A stretch of DNA of 60,509 bases, the filler included, from Sphacelaria rigidula (taxonomy: Eukaryota), in the NCBI GenBank assembly GCA_964200075.2. It is 8 parts of 8 records of this genome, joined end to end, with 100 filler letters (N's around TTAATTAATTAA, not from the genome) between each part and the next. Parts side by side here need not be neighbours in the genome. Positions count along the whole stretch, not along the records: positions 22,730 to 30,205 come from CAXNAA020014746.1; positions 30,306 to 37,781 come from CAXNAA020014747.1; 6 more parts are not named here. One strand, 5' to 3'. How positions within the stretch are numbered: position 1 is the stretch's first letter; every line of letters begins with the position of its first letter. Below the pieces are notes generated by a model that saw only the letters and a list, made by a program, of their open reading frames with translations, was not told the origin of the DNA and ran no database searches. Both the position numbers and the translations under genes were made by a program. Positions 24,210-36,554 of this stretch are shown in pieces.

Positions 24210-27200
24210 CAGCAAGTAGTCGCCCCAGTTAGTCCCATGGAGCCAGACTCGAGATCTACCTGGATATCATCTGGTGGTATTGGCAGTGGCAGCGTCAGCA
24301 ACGGTGCGGAAGATCCCTACCACAGCCAAGCCTCCACCTTCGAGGGTAAGCGGAAAGCCGGAATGACTGCTGAGGAAAGGACGAACTACGAACGAGAGCG
24401 TAATCGAGTGCATGCTCGCAACACGCGGGCTAGGAAGAAGCAGTACATGGAGGGACTCAAGGAACGGGTGGAAAATATGCATGCACAAAAGGTGATGGGG
24501 GATATGGTGATGGTGCTGCGGTGTATGTCGTTGTTTTGCAGGGAGGGGTGGAGGGTTTTCCTGCAAGGTGAAGCCAGGATTTCATTCACCCTTCGGGCGC
24601 GTCTTGCTCGTCACGTCTTGTTCTAGAATCCTGTTCATTGTAAGATCGACAGCGTGTGGTGGCTGAATGTAGATGCGCTTCTGTTGGATGAGGTTCGGGG
24701 GGAGGGTGTGTGTGCCATTGTGTCGGAAATGAAGGAGTGTGGAAAGCTACGATGTGTCCAATGTCTTCATCTTACAATGTGCAGAACAGTCGTGCTGAAC
24801 AGTCAGTGGTAGTATAGCACAGCGCAGGCGAAACATTGAGATACATCTGAAGTCGAAATGATGAGAAAGGATCCAGTGGTATGCGCATTAGAGCCAGTTA
24901 ACAGTTAACCCTTCAGGCGCCCATGCCCCATCCGGCCGTTTTTTTTTGGGCGATGGCCTAGAAAAGGTATACCTTCTCGCTTTTTTGCCCGAGGAAGGTA
25001 CGAAAAATGACCAGAAACGCGATAACAGCCAAACACGCCATTTTGACCGTTTTCGCTCCGATTTTTTCATGCATATCATTCGGGGAGGGGCAACGGCACC
25101 CGAGCCTTGAAAAAAACGGAAACAAAACATGTTACTCGAGAGATACGGCTACGCGAAAACGGACGTCTCGCCTCCAGAAACCGCTTTCCTTTTGGAGGCC
25201 AAATATCGCCCAGGTATACCTGATCTAGCAATTATTTTTCAATAGTACCTTATCTGGGCCACCGATCGGCCGAGAACGTACCTGTGCTAGGCTGTCGCTC
25301 TCTACACTGTACCTGAAGCGGCACATCGCGCGCAAGGGAGTCCTCGCCAACTCCAACCATGACGCCCACATATTCGGCTCTTTTCCCGCTCATTTTCCGT
25401 TCACGGACGCCACAACGACCACGCCCCTTTCTCCCAGGAAACGGTTCCCGAGTCTCTCCGCGTCGACACAAAAACTGGACTCAAAACTCACAGCGCGTCG
25501 GTCTTTTGTGATCCCGGGGGTTGTGGAACACTGTTGTACTATTGCGACCTCGGGGCTGGTGTCAGGGTGAAGCTAGGCTCTTCCGTCACCAACGGGCGGT
25601 TGTCGCATCATCGCGATGGTTGATTCAAGCAACGGATACAGTACTGGTCGTCACGCATGTAGAGATAGGGACAGAACAGTTATGGGTGCGCCTGACCCCC
25701 CAAAATGGGCAAAAAAAGTGTCACCGACCAAAAGCACGAACTGACCGAAGATCTCGTCCATCCCCTGACTATGCACGCCGTAAAATCCCCCAAAGTACGT
25801 GTGATTTGAGTGGGGTTTCCACTCGACGATTTCCCATTTTCGTCGTCCCGGACTACGAACCACGGCGTGCCTCGGCTACTCACCGGCGTGTACCAGTCCA
25901 AGCTACAAACATGACACCATTGTGAAACCAAAGGAGTCATGGTGATCGAGAAAATCGCAAAAAAACATGTTTTTTTACCTAATTTGTTATAAAACTCGGA
26001 TCCCGATGAGAGTAAAAAGCTCGACCAATCAAGTTGTAGCTGTCGTCTTGGCGCAGAAGATGCAAAAAATCGCATCCCAATCGATGGCCTCGGCGTTGAG
26101 TAATGGGGGCAACCGTTTGGGCTATGAGCGCAAACCAGCGCCTCCAACACTCGCCGGTGTCCACGACATGCGAAAACCTCACCCCTATCAAACGGCCTCA
26201 CAATAGGATACACCGATGAATGACTCGCCCTTGATAGTGCAGATGGTTGATACATCGCATGTGTGGAATGTTGGACAGGTGTATTATTTGAACCTTCGAT
26301 CGAACCCCCAGAAGCCTCCGTGTCTGCGAGACATTCACCCCCATCTGTGCATCACTTGTGATAGTGGCAAGAGTAGCGATGGTTCTCCTGCACCCGGTGC
26401 CATCACCATGCCACCATTGATAGCGTAGTTTTCTATCTAATCTCACATGGCGGCAAGTATGGACAAACTCGGAACTGAAGGAGGAGAGAAAGCCACAGAG
26501 CAAGCTGGCGTTCAACAAAAAGAGCAGTATCCGCAATGGCTACACACTCCAACAGCCGTTATAGACATGATCATGAGTCGCACAAACAAAAGCAAGAATC
26601 ATCTTGGCGACCTTGCAGCAGCGAATCGAACAAATTATAACACCAACCCCAACCCTAACCACAACAAGGGCATACCGAAAATCCTCGGCCGAGGCGGGTG
26701 CAACGTGTTCCCTAGGCGAAGTGTGCGTTGGCAGACCTCAAATCGGTGCCTCAGGCGCCGATTCAGACAAAAACGCGTTGTGGGCACGCTAGGAGCATGC
26801 TAGGAGCACAGCTCCCATGAAAAGATCCGGATTTCGGTGTTCACAATAAAATCAAGACGGACCCACTTACCCTCCCCAATGGTCAACTATATTGCGTCAA
26901 GACGACACCAAAGACAGCATGAAGTCGTCGGCCTACTTTTGCTGAAGCGACATGGCACCGAAGCCCCGTTCATGTCTTTCGGTGCACCCACCCGTTCTAA
27001 GACACGCGTCTGTTGTGTCGGCAGTGGTGGGCGACGGCCGACGGTTTGTTTCCATTCCCTCTTGGACCACGGTACTTGTGGAGTCCGATGAAAATCATGC
27101 ATATTCATGAAATGAAAAGGCACGCCCACGGAACAACGAATTCGCTTGCACAAGACGAGTCATTCATGCGCTAAAATTGTAGAAGGATGGGATCCGATAA

Positions 27201-29796
27201 ATCAAACTCCTCAAAACATGACAAGGAGGTCGGCCAACATCCGCCCAACCTACACGACACACCCGGCGACTGCACTCCACTCGTCTGCGTAAGGGCCGTC
27301 CTCTTTGAAGTTCATCAGTACATATAGTTCTGTCGCATATTGAGCGTATGATTTTTCCTCAATTTCGATTCGCATTCCCAAAAATAAATGGTTCAGCGTT
27401 CCGGTTTCAGTTATACCCGTGTTGGGCTACATATGTTCATGGTTGATATTACCTGGTTTGAGTGCGTACCACGAGAATCGGAATTCAAGTAGGACTGACA
27501 GTTCCGTGGGCTCCTCGTGTGAGCAGAACGTGTTTTCGTTGAAATCGACGCCACAGGCGCAGAATTGGGGTCTACCAAGGCATCACTTTGTTTAGATAAT
27601 ATGTGTACCGTCCTTGCCCGAGGGTTCTTGGTGTGCGTTGGGTTGGGTCGACCCAACTAGCCTCCTGGCATTCCAGCGTATCGCAAGCGCGGACGAAAAG
27701 CGACGCAGTGGCATGCAATACACGAGGAACAACAACGGAAGTAACGGTGGGGTTCTTTATATGAATTTTCGATCCATGTCGTTCTCTTCCGATGACGTAA
27801 GGCATATTTTACCCGACGAGCCTGGATAAGCCCCCAAAAGTCGATCTGTTCGTGTCTGTTCGTGATTTTGGTCGGTGACATTTTTTTTGCCCATGTTGGG
27901 GGGTCAGGCGCACCCACAACAGTAATAGCGTCAAATCAGCGCGCGTCTTCGACTCACGTAGCACTGCGATCCGACAAGGTCTAATCAAACGAAATACCGA
28001 ACTGTAAAATACTCCCTCGTAGCTTTTAGTCATTCGCACATCTTCTGCGGACACAAACCGAACTTCTCGCTGGCCGTTGGTGATTGCTATGCACGGTCCT
28101 TGACAGACGTGATGGGTGTGCTAACCCTTAGACCGCGAGGGTAGTCCATCTGGATCATGCATCCATTTTTCGAGTGAAATTGATTGCCGATTTCAACAGA
28201 TGACCTATTCTCGCCATCCAAGGGTTAACCCTTGGACCGCGATGTGGGTAGTCCATCTGGATCACAACAATTTTTTCAAGTGAATTTGATGCCGATCAGC
28301 AGGTGACCTACAGTCGCGGTCAAAGGGTTAACCGTTGAGCTACAAATGTCCATGGTTGATATTACTTGCTATGAGTGTGTACAACGAGAATTGGATCTTT
28401 AGTTGGGCTGACAGTCCCGTGTGCTCCTCGCATGCGCAAAACGCGTTTTCGTTGAAATCGGCGCCATGGGCGCCGATCTGGGTTCTACCAAGGCCGCTCT
28501 TTGCCAAGGCAATGCTATATACCGCCCTTGCCCGAGGGTTCTCGGTATGCGTTGGGTTGGGGTTAGGGTTAGGGGTAGCGGTACTCGTGAAAGTGTGTCA
28601 ACCATGAACATTTGTAGCCCAACACCGGCTCACCCTTAGACCGCGATGCGGGTAGTAGATATGGATCACGTATACTTTCCCCAGTGACAGATATATTGCG
28701 ATTCAGCAGGTGACCTGCCCTCGCGGTCAAATATGGGTCAACTACAGCGCTGTTCCGCGAGTGTTTTCGTTGGGCGCACGCTATTCTGTACTGTAGTGCT
28801 GAACGCTATTATTGTTATGTCCCTATCTCTATATGCGTGACGACCAGTACTGTATTCGTTGCTTGAACCAACCGCGATGATGCGACAACCGCCCGTTGGT
28901 GACGGAAGAGCCTAGCTTCACCCTGACACTAGCCCCGAGGTCGCAATAGTACAACAGTGTTCCACAACTCACCGAATGACAAAAGACCGATGCGCTGTGA
29001 GTTGTGAGTCCAGTTTTTGTGTCGACGCGGAGAGACCTGGGAACCATTTCCCAGGAGGAAGGGGCGTGGTCGTTGTGGCGTCCGTGAACGGAAAATGAGC
29101 GGGAAAAAAGCTGAATGTGTGGGCGCCATGGTTGGAGTTGGCGCGCGATGTGCCGCATCAGGTACAGTGTAGAGAGCGATGGCCTAGCACAGGTGCATTC
29201 TCGGCCGATCGGTGGCCCAGATAAGGTACGATTGAAAAGTAATTGCTAGATCAGGTGCACCTGTGCGAAATTTGGCCTCCAAAAGATGAGCGGTTCCTGG
29301 AGGCGAGGCGTCCGTTTTCGCGTGGCCATATCTCTCGAGTAACATGTTTTCTTTTTCAGTTTTTTTTCAAGGTCCGCGTGCCATTGCCCTTCCCCGAATG
29401 ATATGCGTGAAAAATTCCGAGCGAAAACGGTCAAAATGGCGTGTTGAACTGCTATCGTGTTTCTGGTCATTTTTCGTACCTTTCTTGGGCATAAAACGAG
29501 AAGGTATACCTTTTCTAAGCCATTGCCTTTTAACAACTACTTTTCTTTTCTCGCCAGGATTTCGGAATAGTTATTTTCATATAGAGACAACGCCTACTCT
29601 ACGTTGAACTGGGCTCCGCGCTCTTGGACAGTTTTGTTCTCTTGAGCGTTTTTGTTCTTTTTTATGCGGAAAGTTATGCCAGAGACACACCGCACCCTGT
29701 GTCTGATGATCCTGAAACTTCTAGTATATGTTGCTTCATGCCGCAGGTGAGTGTTGAAGCAATTGAGTCGGCGACCGAAGGCCTTTTGTACGCTCG
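24210..29796 (+). CDS. bZIP transcription factor, partial (bZIP exon ~24210-24491; probable next exon 29747-29796)
   Basis: Basic region and zipper MTAEERTNYERERNRVHARNTRARKKQYMEGLKERVENMHAQK, with donor AAG|GTGATG at 24491. A candidate in-phase exon CAG|VSVEAIESATEGLLYA(R)|GTGAGT follows. The 5' boundary and the second exon are less certain. Confidence 0.8.
25683..27916. mobile_element. Mutator (MULE)-like non-autonomous element, 2234 bp, nested in the fold-back arm
   Basis: ~60-bp TIR TGGGTGCGCCTGACCCCC..ATGGGCAAAAAAA.TGTCACCGACCAAAA.CACGAAC at both ends. Flanks GAACAGTTA / CAACAGTAA look like an imperfect 9-bp TSD. Removing the element restores the outer arm. Confidence 0.7.
28125..28327. 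mobile_element. Two tandem ~100-bp piggyBac-type MITEs sharing a TTAA (third copy 28633-28737)
   Basis: CTAA|CCCTTAGACCGCG...CCAAGGG|TTAA|CCCTTGGACCGCG...CAAAGGG|TTAA. Confidence 0.85.
28334..28625. mobile_element. ~290-bp TIR element carrying a telomere-like GGGTTAGGGTTAGGG tract
   Basis: TIR GTTGAGCTACAAATGTCCATGGTTGA ... TCAACCATGAACATTTGTAGCCCAAC. A truncated copy lies at 27418-27657, with more distant relatives at ~26640-26840 (inverted), ~48680-48815 and ~58385-58630. Confidence 0.75.
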
Positions 29797-31978
29797 GTGA
29801 GTTGAAAGGATGATTTTGAGCTCCGCGCGCTCCAATCGGATCTGTCGCTCAATGTCTAATGGAGATCATCGAGGGTACGATATCAAACCGGCGCGGAGGC
29901 AGCGGCGAATCTTGCCAGCATTGTTGTTTACCCCCGCCCGCTCATCGGTCGACCCTCACAGTAACACAGGTAACAAGCACGGTTGAAGCTTCTCCGTAAA
30001 CGTGAGGTTGCTGTCCTCAACGTTCGCCCATCATCTCGCGCAAGCGACGTGAAGCCGAGTCGGTGTCAACTGTGAAGCGGGTATTCCAGCGCTGCCGAGG
30101 CGTAGTTCGCGGGGTACAGTCAGTTCAGCACGGCCGACTTGAAGCCCATAGTGCAAATTTGTCGTGAATTTGGGTGGGTGGATACGTTTTTGATGGTAAG
30201 CGCTTNNNNNNNNNNNNNNNNNNNNNNNNNNNNNNNNNNNNNNNNNNNNTTAATTAATTAANNNNNNNNNNNNNNNNNNNNNNNNNNNNNNNNNNNNNNN
30301 NNNNNGGGGAAAGACACAAAACGGTGGGGACCCCGGGCCAAAAAGCCCGCCGGGCGGGGAAAGGGGCCCCCCCCCCCCCCCCCCGCCCGCCCCGTGTTTG
30401 TTTTTTCCACGTTTGTTTTTTTGGCGGGAACAAGATTATTATTTCACTTGGAATTGTCAACATTCGTTATTTACATCGCGATGGTACGTTCTTTACAAGG
30501 GAACATGAGCATTCTCCCTACAATTCCCCTCCTCCTCTCTCCTCACCCAACCTGTGTGCCGCCATTTCCCTCCATTTCGAATGTCAGCCACCGAAAAAAC
30601 GTCGGGTACCTACAGTACAAACACTCTCCCGCGCGTGAATGGCCTGTCACGGGACATGGAAACGCAGGATGATCTTCACAACCATACAGTGGGGCTGCTA
30701 CGTACATTCGAGATTCGACACATGAGCTCCGGAAGTCGAGCTTCTGAAAATCCTTGGTGTGACGGACGACGGGAGGAGAGAGGTCCGAGGTTCCAGCCTA
30801 CGGAGCCCCTCGCCACAACACAGAATATATCGCCGCGCACTCAAAAGGCCATCTCGATTTTCAGGCTCGTTCGTGCGACGAATGCCACCGAAATACACAT
30901 GCCGCGCACGGTGAGCTTCCTTTCGCACTCTTCAACCAGGAGTCACCATCCTCCACTCTGCCACCTACCCGTCGTATGACTGCTCACTATTCAGCGCATC
31001 AACACTACAAAATAAACCAAGGATGGGTGGTCACACGCCGCACGCAAAACTCAAGAACTTCTCAGGTATACCTTTCAACGTACGCCAACGGCTAACGATC
31101 GCCCCACCTCAGAACAACGCGACGATCGATACATTTATCATTACTGGATATACCTCTACCGGGAATATATACAGTTTGAGTTAGGTTTGATTCGGTTGTG
31201 ATATCTGCACAAAAGAGTGTTCCTCCCGTCCTTCTCCCCCTCGCCCCCCCCCACATATTCGGTGATAAAATGTACATGAGGCCTATGAAGCTGGCATTTT
31301 CACACCCGAACATATCCAAGAAACAGATCGCACATCATAAAACGAGCACATTTTTCGACAAACCAAGGTCTCACGACAAACTATACAACATGACGGCCTT
31401 TTTCAAACCACATGGAAAAAGGATCGCCTAACCATGATGGATGACAGCAACATACAGCAACATACCCCTGCAATTAAAATAAATAAATTAACAAACGCAA
31501 AACTCACAATTACTTCAGTCACCCGGTGCATGGTGAACACAGCTCCGAAGGAAGTCCCGTCTGGCTTGTGCCGAAACCGCCTTGCGCAGCGCAGGGGAAA
31601 CCAGTACACACCCTCCATCCCACCGCACCCGGGTGAACCAAGCAAAAAAAAATAACCTGAATAAACTTCACTCTTCGCGGGCGGGGTACTATCCCTCCGC
31701 GTCACTCCGCGAAACCGTTCACTCTTACTTTCACCAACAGCAACCAACGCAGCGTGACCCTCATCTTCAAAGCAGGACGTTTCCTCGATAGCATACAAAT
31801 AAAAACCTATTTACAGCAAAACTATTTCACGACCGTCCTTCGAAATACGTACGTACGGACTACTGTACCACCGTGCCTGCTGAATTCACACCCACCTCCC
31901 GGCCTACCGGCTATAAGGAATCCGACAGATGAACCACTGTTGAATAGATTCCTCTGAACACAAAATGTCAATCTCTTT

Positions 31979-34900
31979 CTACTCGTCCTGATCGACATCC
32001 CAGCCATCAACAGCACGCGGCGGCGACAGGGCCAACAATAGCTCGATAAGTCTCTCCTTCTCAGGACTCGCCTTGCTCTTTTTCCGCCCCCTCGCTCTCA
32101 CACGCACCCACCAGCGCCGCCACCTCCCTCTCCCCTTCCCCCGGCGTTGCGGCAGCAACATCGCAAACGATGAGCATTGCCCGTCGTCAGGACATCGCTC
32201 GCGGTCTTCTCGTCGCGTTGCCAGCTCTGCCGCCCGCCGCCTCCTCACCTCTGCGCGCTGCGCTCTGATCTCTGCGCGCCGCACCCTTACCGCGTCCCGT
32301 CTTCTCTCCCGCCCAGACAACGTCGTCTTTCCTCGGTCCATTTCCTCTTCCTCGTGATCCCCTACTGCCTCCTCCGCGACTCCATCCATTTCAACGGCAG
32401 GAAGAGCCTTTTTTGACGTCTCCGATACAAGCGGATCAGTTTGCGTTGCCGTCCCGTCATCCGCTTCCTCCGCATCATCTACACTCTTCCTGCTAAAAAA
32501 TGTCATCCACGCCTTCTTCACGCCCTCCACTCGTCGCCCACTATTCTTCCTTTCCGCATCCCTCTCCGTCCCTTCAATGTTTCCGTCGGTGGGCGCCCCT
32601 TGTAGTACGTCTCCGTTGGTAACGGGCGCAGCAGCAGTCGGCGGGGGCGCCACCTCCGTCACCACCGACCTGTAATTTGTCGTGGGGTTCGCCTCCATCA
32701 TCGTGACCGAGGCTGGCGGGGTCGATGAGGGATGCGGCGCAACCGGTTCCGGTTCGTCCGCAGCCACCTGATCTTCGGCCGTCGTCAGCGCCTTGTGGTT
32801 AGCTGCAGCAGCCATTACCGCCTCCTGACGGTTACCCCCGACTTCCAGCAGCAAGCTCTTCGTGGCTTCCTCCAGTGCCTGTCGGGCTGGCTCATACTGC
32901 CCACCGCCGTCGAAACCCCCTTCCGCAGCTCGCGCTCGCTCGGCTGCTGCCGCTACCCGTGCGGAGCGGTTGTTCAGGAACGTTCGGACTCCGAACATCG
33001 GCACGCGACTCAAGACGCCCCTGCGCGCGATCATCGCCTTGGCGGGGCCGCTGCGAGCGGCCAATGCCGCTGCCGCCCGGCGGTTGAGGGTCTGGGGAGG
33101 AGGCCGGGGTTTCATCTCGAGAGCGAGGTGCCTAGTTTTTAGTTATTTAGTTGTTGTCAAGCCCGAGCAGCAGTTATGGGTGGGGGACGAAGAGAGGGCA
33201 AGCGTGGCGTCACTGGAGATTATTGAGTCGTCTCTTGTGTCATGGGGGTAGGTGAGGCGGGTGTTTTGATGTGAACAAACGTAATGGAGGGTTTGAAGTC
33301 ACAGTGGAGCTCGTACAAGAAGCTCATGGACCATACATACAGTACGAGCAGTGTACTGGTGAAGTTTAAACGTATTTTCGCCTACCCCCCCTCCCCTTCC
33401 CCAAGATATACATATCTGTCCAGGCACGCACTTCGGCTCAGTGATGGGCAGAACACAACGCATGACCACGTGCTTCAAGTGCTTCCTAAGGACCGGGAGG
33501 TTAGCCAGGTCCATGCCATGCAGTGCTTCCAGGCTAAGATGCGTCCTGGGAGGCTCGGAAAGGCTCAGCCACAAGCGCTTCACGTAAGGTCTGCCGTCCC
33601 CAAAGGCCAAAGCCAACACCACCTGTGAATAGGGAGATGTGTGGGCATTGGCGCATCCAGGCGGGGAGGGGACTACCATCGGAACCTTGGTTTAAGACAG
33701 GGTGCGTGGATACTCTTGAGCAACAAACACAGCAGCAACGACACAGCAACAAGTTGCAGCCAGAGGCAAATATAGGTAGGCACACAGGGTGCTTCTTCCG
33801 TGCCCACCACAATTAGAACACAATGAGGCAAAAAAGGAGGGGGAAAAAAGCGAAAAAGACATGAGAGGGTGCAGGGCCCAGTGGAGTGTAAAAACAAGAG
33901 GAGAAATGCACGCACAGCGACACTCATGAAAAAATGAAAAACTCTTCCCTTGAAAAAACAGCGTCATCAAGCGTACAGCCACATGTCGATATTCTTGCAG
34001 CAGCATTCCCAGCGACGTGATTTCAGATCGTTTCACTCCTCGACCGGCAAAATCACATGGCGCTATACTGTAGCACTAAAGCGCCGTCCACACGTTTGCA
34101 GACTTTGCTGTGGGAAGGGAGCAACCGACGGCGGGTACATTCTACTTTACCCTGCAAATTGGGCGTTCGAGCAGCTTCCGGTCGCGAAAAACGACGTGGA
34201 GGCTACCCCCTCTATTCAGGAATAAGTATGACAGTGTGTCACCCGGACAGGGGTGGACAATGACGGCAATTCGAGATGGACATGAAGAGGACGTGGTAAT
34301 CGCACTTCTGTACACGCCATTCGCCATAAAAAATGAAACAACGCGAAAGACAAACCGGATGCGAACAACGGCGTGGGCGAAAAGTACGTGAAGACACGGT
34401 ACGTAAATCAGAGACAAAACGGATGGGCACGCGCACATACATACACACATACACACATACACACATACACACATACACACAAATAAACAAACATATCACG
34501 AAAGGGATTATGACACGATGAATTTTGACACACCGAGTGATTTACACCACGGGGCACCACACACACAGGATTATGGCACTGAGTGACAAACACACTGGAT
34601 TACGACACACACACACACCTTTGCCTGTGTGCCAAAGTCGCCAAGCTTGACCCGATAGCTAGGAACATAGCTGTGCACGTGCCACCACTTACGTCGGCGC
34701 CGCTTCTGCTCGCCAAGCTTCAGCGACACCTGTTTGCACGGAGCATGTAGGCGGGAAAGCGAGTGACAACCATCAGCGACCGGTACACCAAAAAAATACT
34801 CAACTACGGCGAAAAGAAAAAAAGGAAAAAAAAGGAAAAAAGGAAGAAAAAAGGAAGAAGCACGGAGTTATACAGTTTACAGTACGATCATGTTTCGTTT

Positions 34901-36517
34901 CTTTCTTTACACAGCATCGCGTCTCAGAATGACGTTCAACCAAATGCATTTCATGACAAACATACTGTACCAGATACGCGTAAGGACTGCGTGTTACACC
35001 TCCACACCCGGGACAATATGTGGTCAACAGAAGGCCAATAGATACATTAGACAAAAAGTGTAATGGGTGAAGTGTAGGCCTACTGCAACTAATGTCGAGA
35101 GAAGTATAGGCCTACTGCAGCTTTTGTCGACTCTCGACAAAAGTTGCAGTAGGCCTATACTTCACCCAGTACATTTTCTGTCTACTGCATCTCTTGACCA
35201 TTTATTGTCCAGAGCGTGTAAGAACTCATCCAATGTACGAGTCGTCATGATGTATTCCGCACGCCATGAGCTCTTCTTATTTACCTTAGACCGTGTACTC
35301 ATCCAGTCCACGCCCATCTCGAGGTAAACCACATTCTCGCCCTGAATCTCTCCACCGGGCTGTCCGGCCTCCAGCAAAACGCTATCGATCACTGCGTTGG
35401 ACTGCCCCGTGTTAGCTCTCACCGCCAGAGAGGTGACGTTCTGCACTCTCACATACCTGTCACATCATATCAGACCAGCGATTGGTTGATTGATCGAATG
35501 AATGATTGGTTGGTCGTCGTACGATTAACCTATCCGCTGTTAAGCTAGCTACGACCGCAAGACAGACACTGCCGAGGCCAATAGATGGAAGCACCGCGAT
35601 CGATACAAAAAAAAAAACGCATAAAAACTGACTGATGCAAAAAGCAAGTAGCCCCAGCATGAAATCTCGAACGATGTTTGAGTGAAGGACCGCGGTACGT
35701 AAATATGCATACTCCGGAGCCGAAATCCGAGACGTGGAAAATGACGGGAAAACGTCAAGCCAAAAGCGATCACCTTAGCATACACATACTTCGCTGGAAA
35801 ATGACAACTACATCGGAGTCGAAGGAATATCTCAACAAATTCAAGCTCCGCGCACTGATCTCAAAAACCAACCGCTTTAACCCAACATCGATTTCGCTTC
35901 CCCCGCTCGTCAGCCACTCCCCCTCCCCTCCCCAACCGTCACCAATCTCCCGCGATGAGTGCTTGCGGCCGCAGTCGAACATGAAACAGATTACCCAGTT
36001 TACCTCGACTCGGGACTGACAAATACCCGGGGTTTGTCCCCATGCACCTGACTTTTGGTGGAGTTGGACCAAGGGTGACCTTTCCCAGGCCGACCCAAGA
36101 CACGTCGCTAGGCAGGCTTCTCTCGATGCTTGCTGCGATCTGGCGCGCCACCCACCCCGACAGGAGCGGCTGAAGCACATCCAAACATAGGTCATTATCC
36201 GAAATTACAATTATATACACGGACAAGGATGGGAGGGAGGATTTTCAGCGCCGTTCACACATGATGAAACACGTCATATAAGCACAGGTTCGTGACGAAA
36301 CTACGCCGTTACGTTGAGTTGGTAGTGATGATCTGGATAATAACCGGCGACACGGGGATGGTATCCTGACGGATCTACGAAGCTGTGCATGCAATGGCAC
36401 TCCGGATGATGAAATGTTGTGAAGGCTGACACCTGAAACTGAGGCCAGTGAGACTGGGGAGTTCGTCAAACAGCAGTGATCCACCAGTTCTTCTGGCTGG
36501 CGTCAGAGGTCTAAGCG

Positions 36518-36554
<37 letters not shown>

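Larger units (their letters stand above)
24909..29533. mobile_element. Long fold-back element (~720-bp inverted arms) with nested insertions
   Basis: 24950-25682 is the diverged reverse complement of 28803-29525 (e.g. AGAAAAGGTATACCTTCTCG; CTGGGCCACCGATCGGCCGAGAA; CTAGGCTCTTCCGTCACCAACGGGCGGTTGTCGCATCATCGCG). The left end starts TTAA|CCCTT, which is piggyBac-like. Confidence 0.85.
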
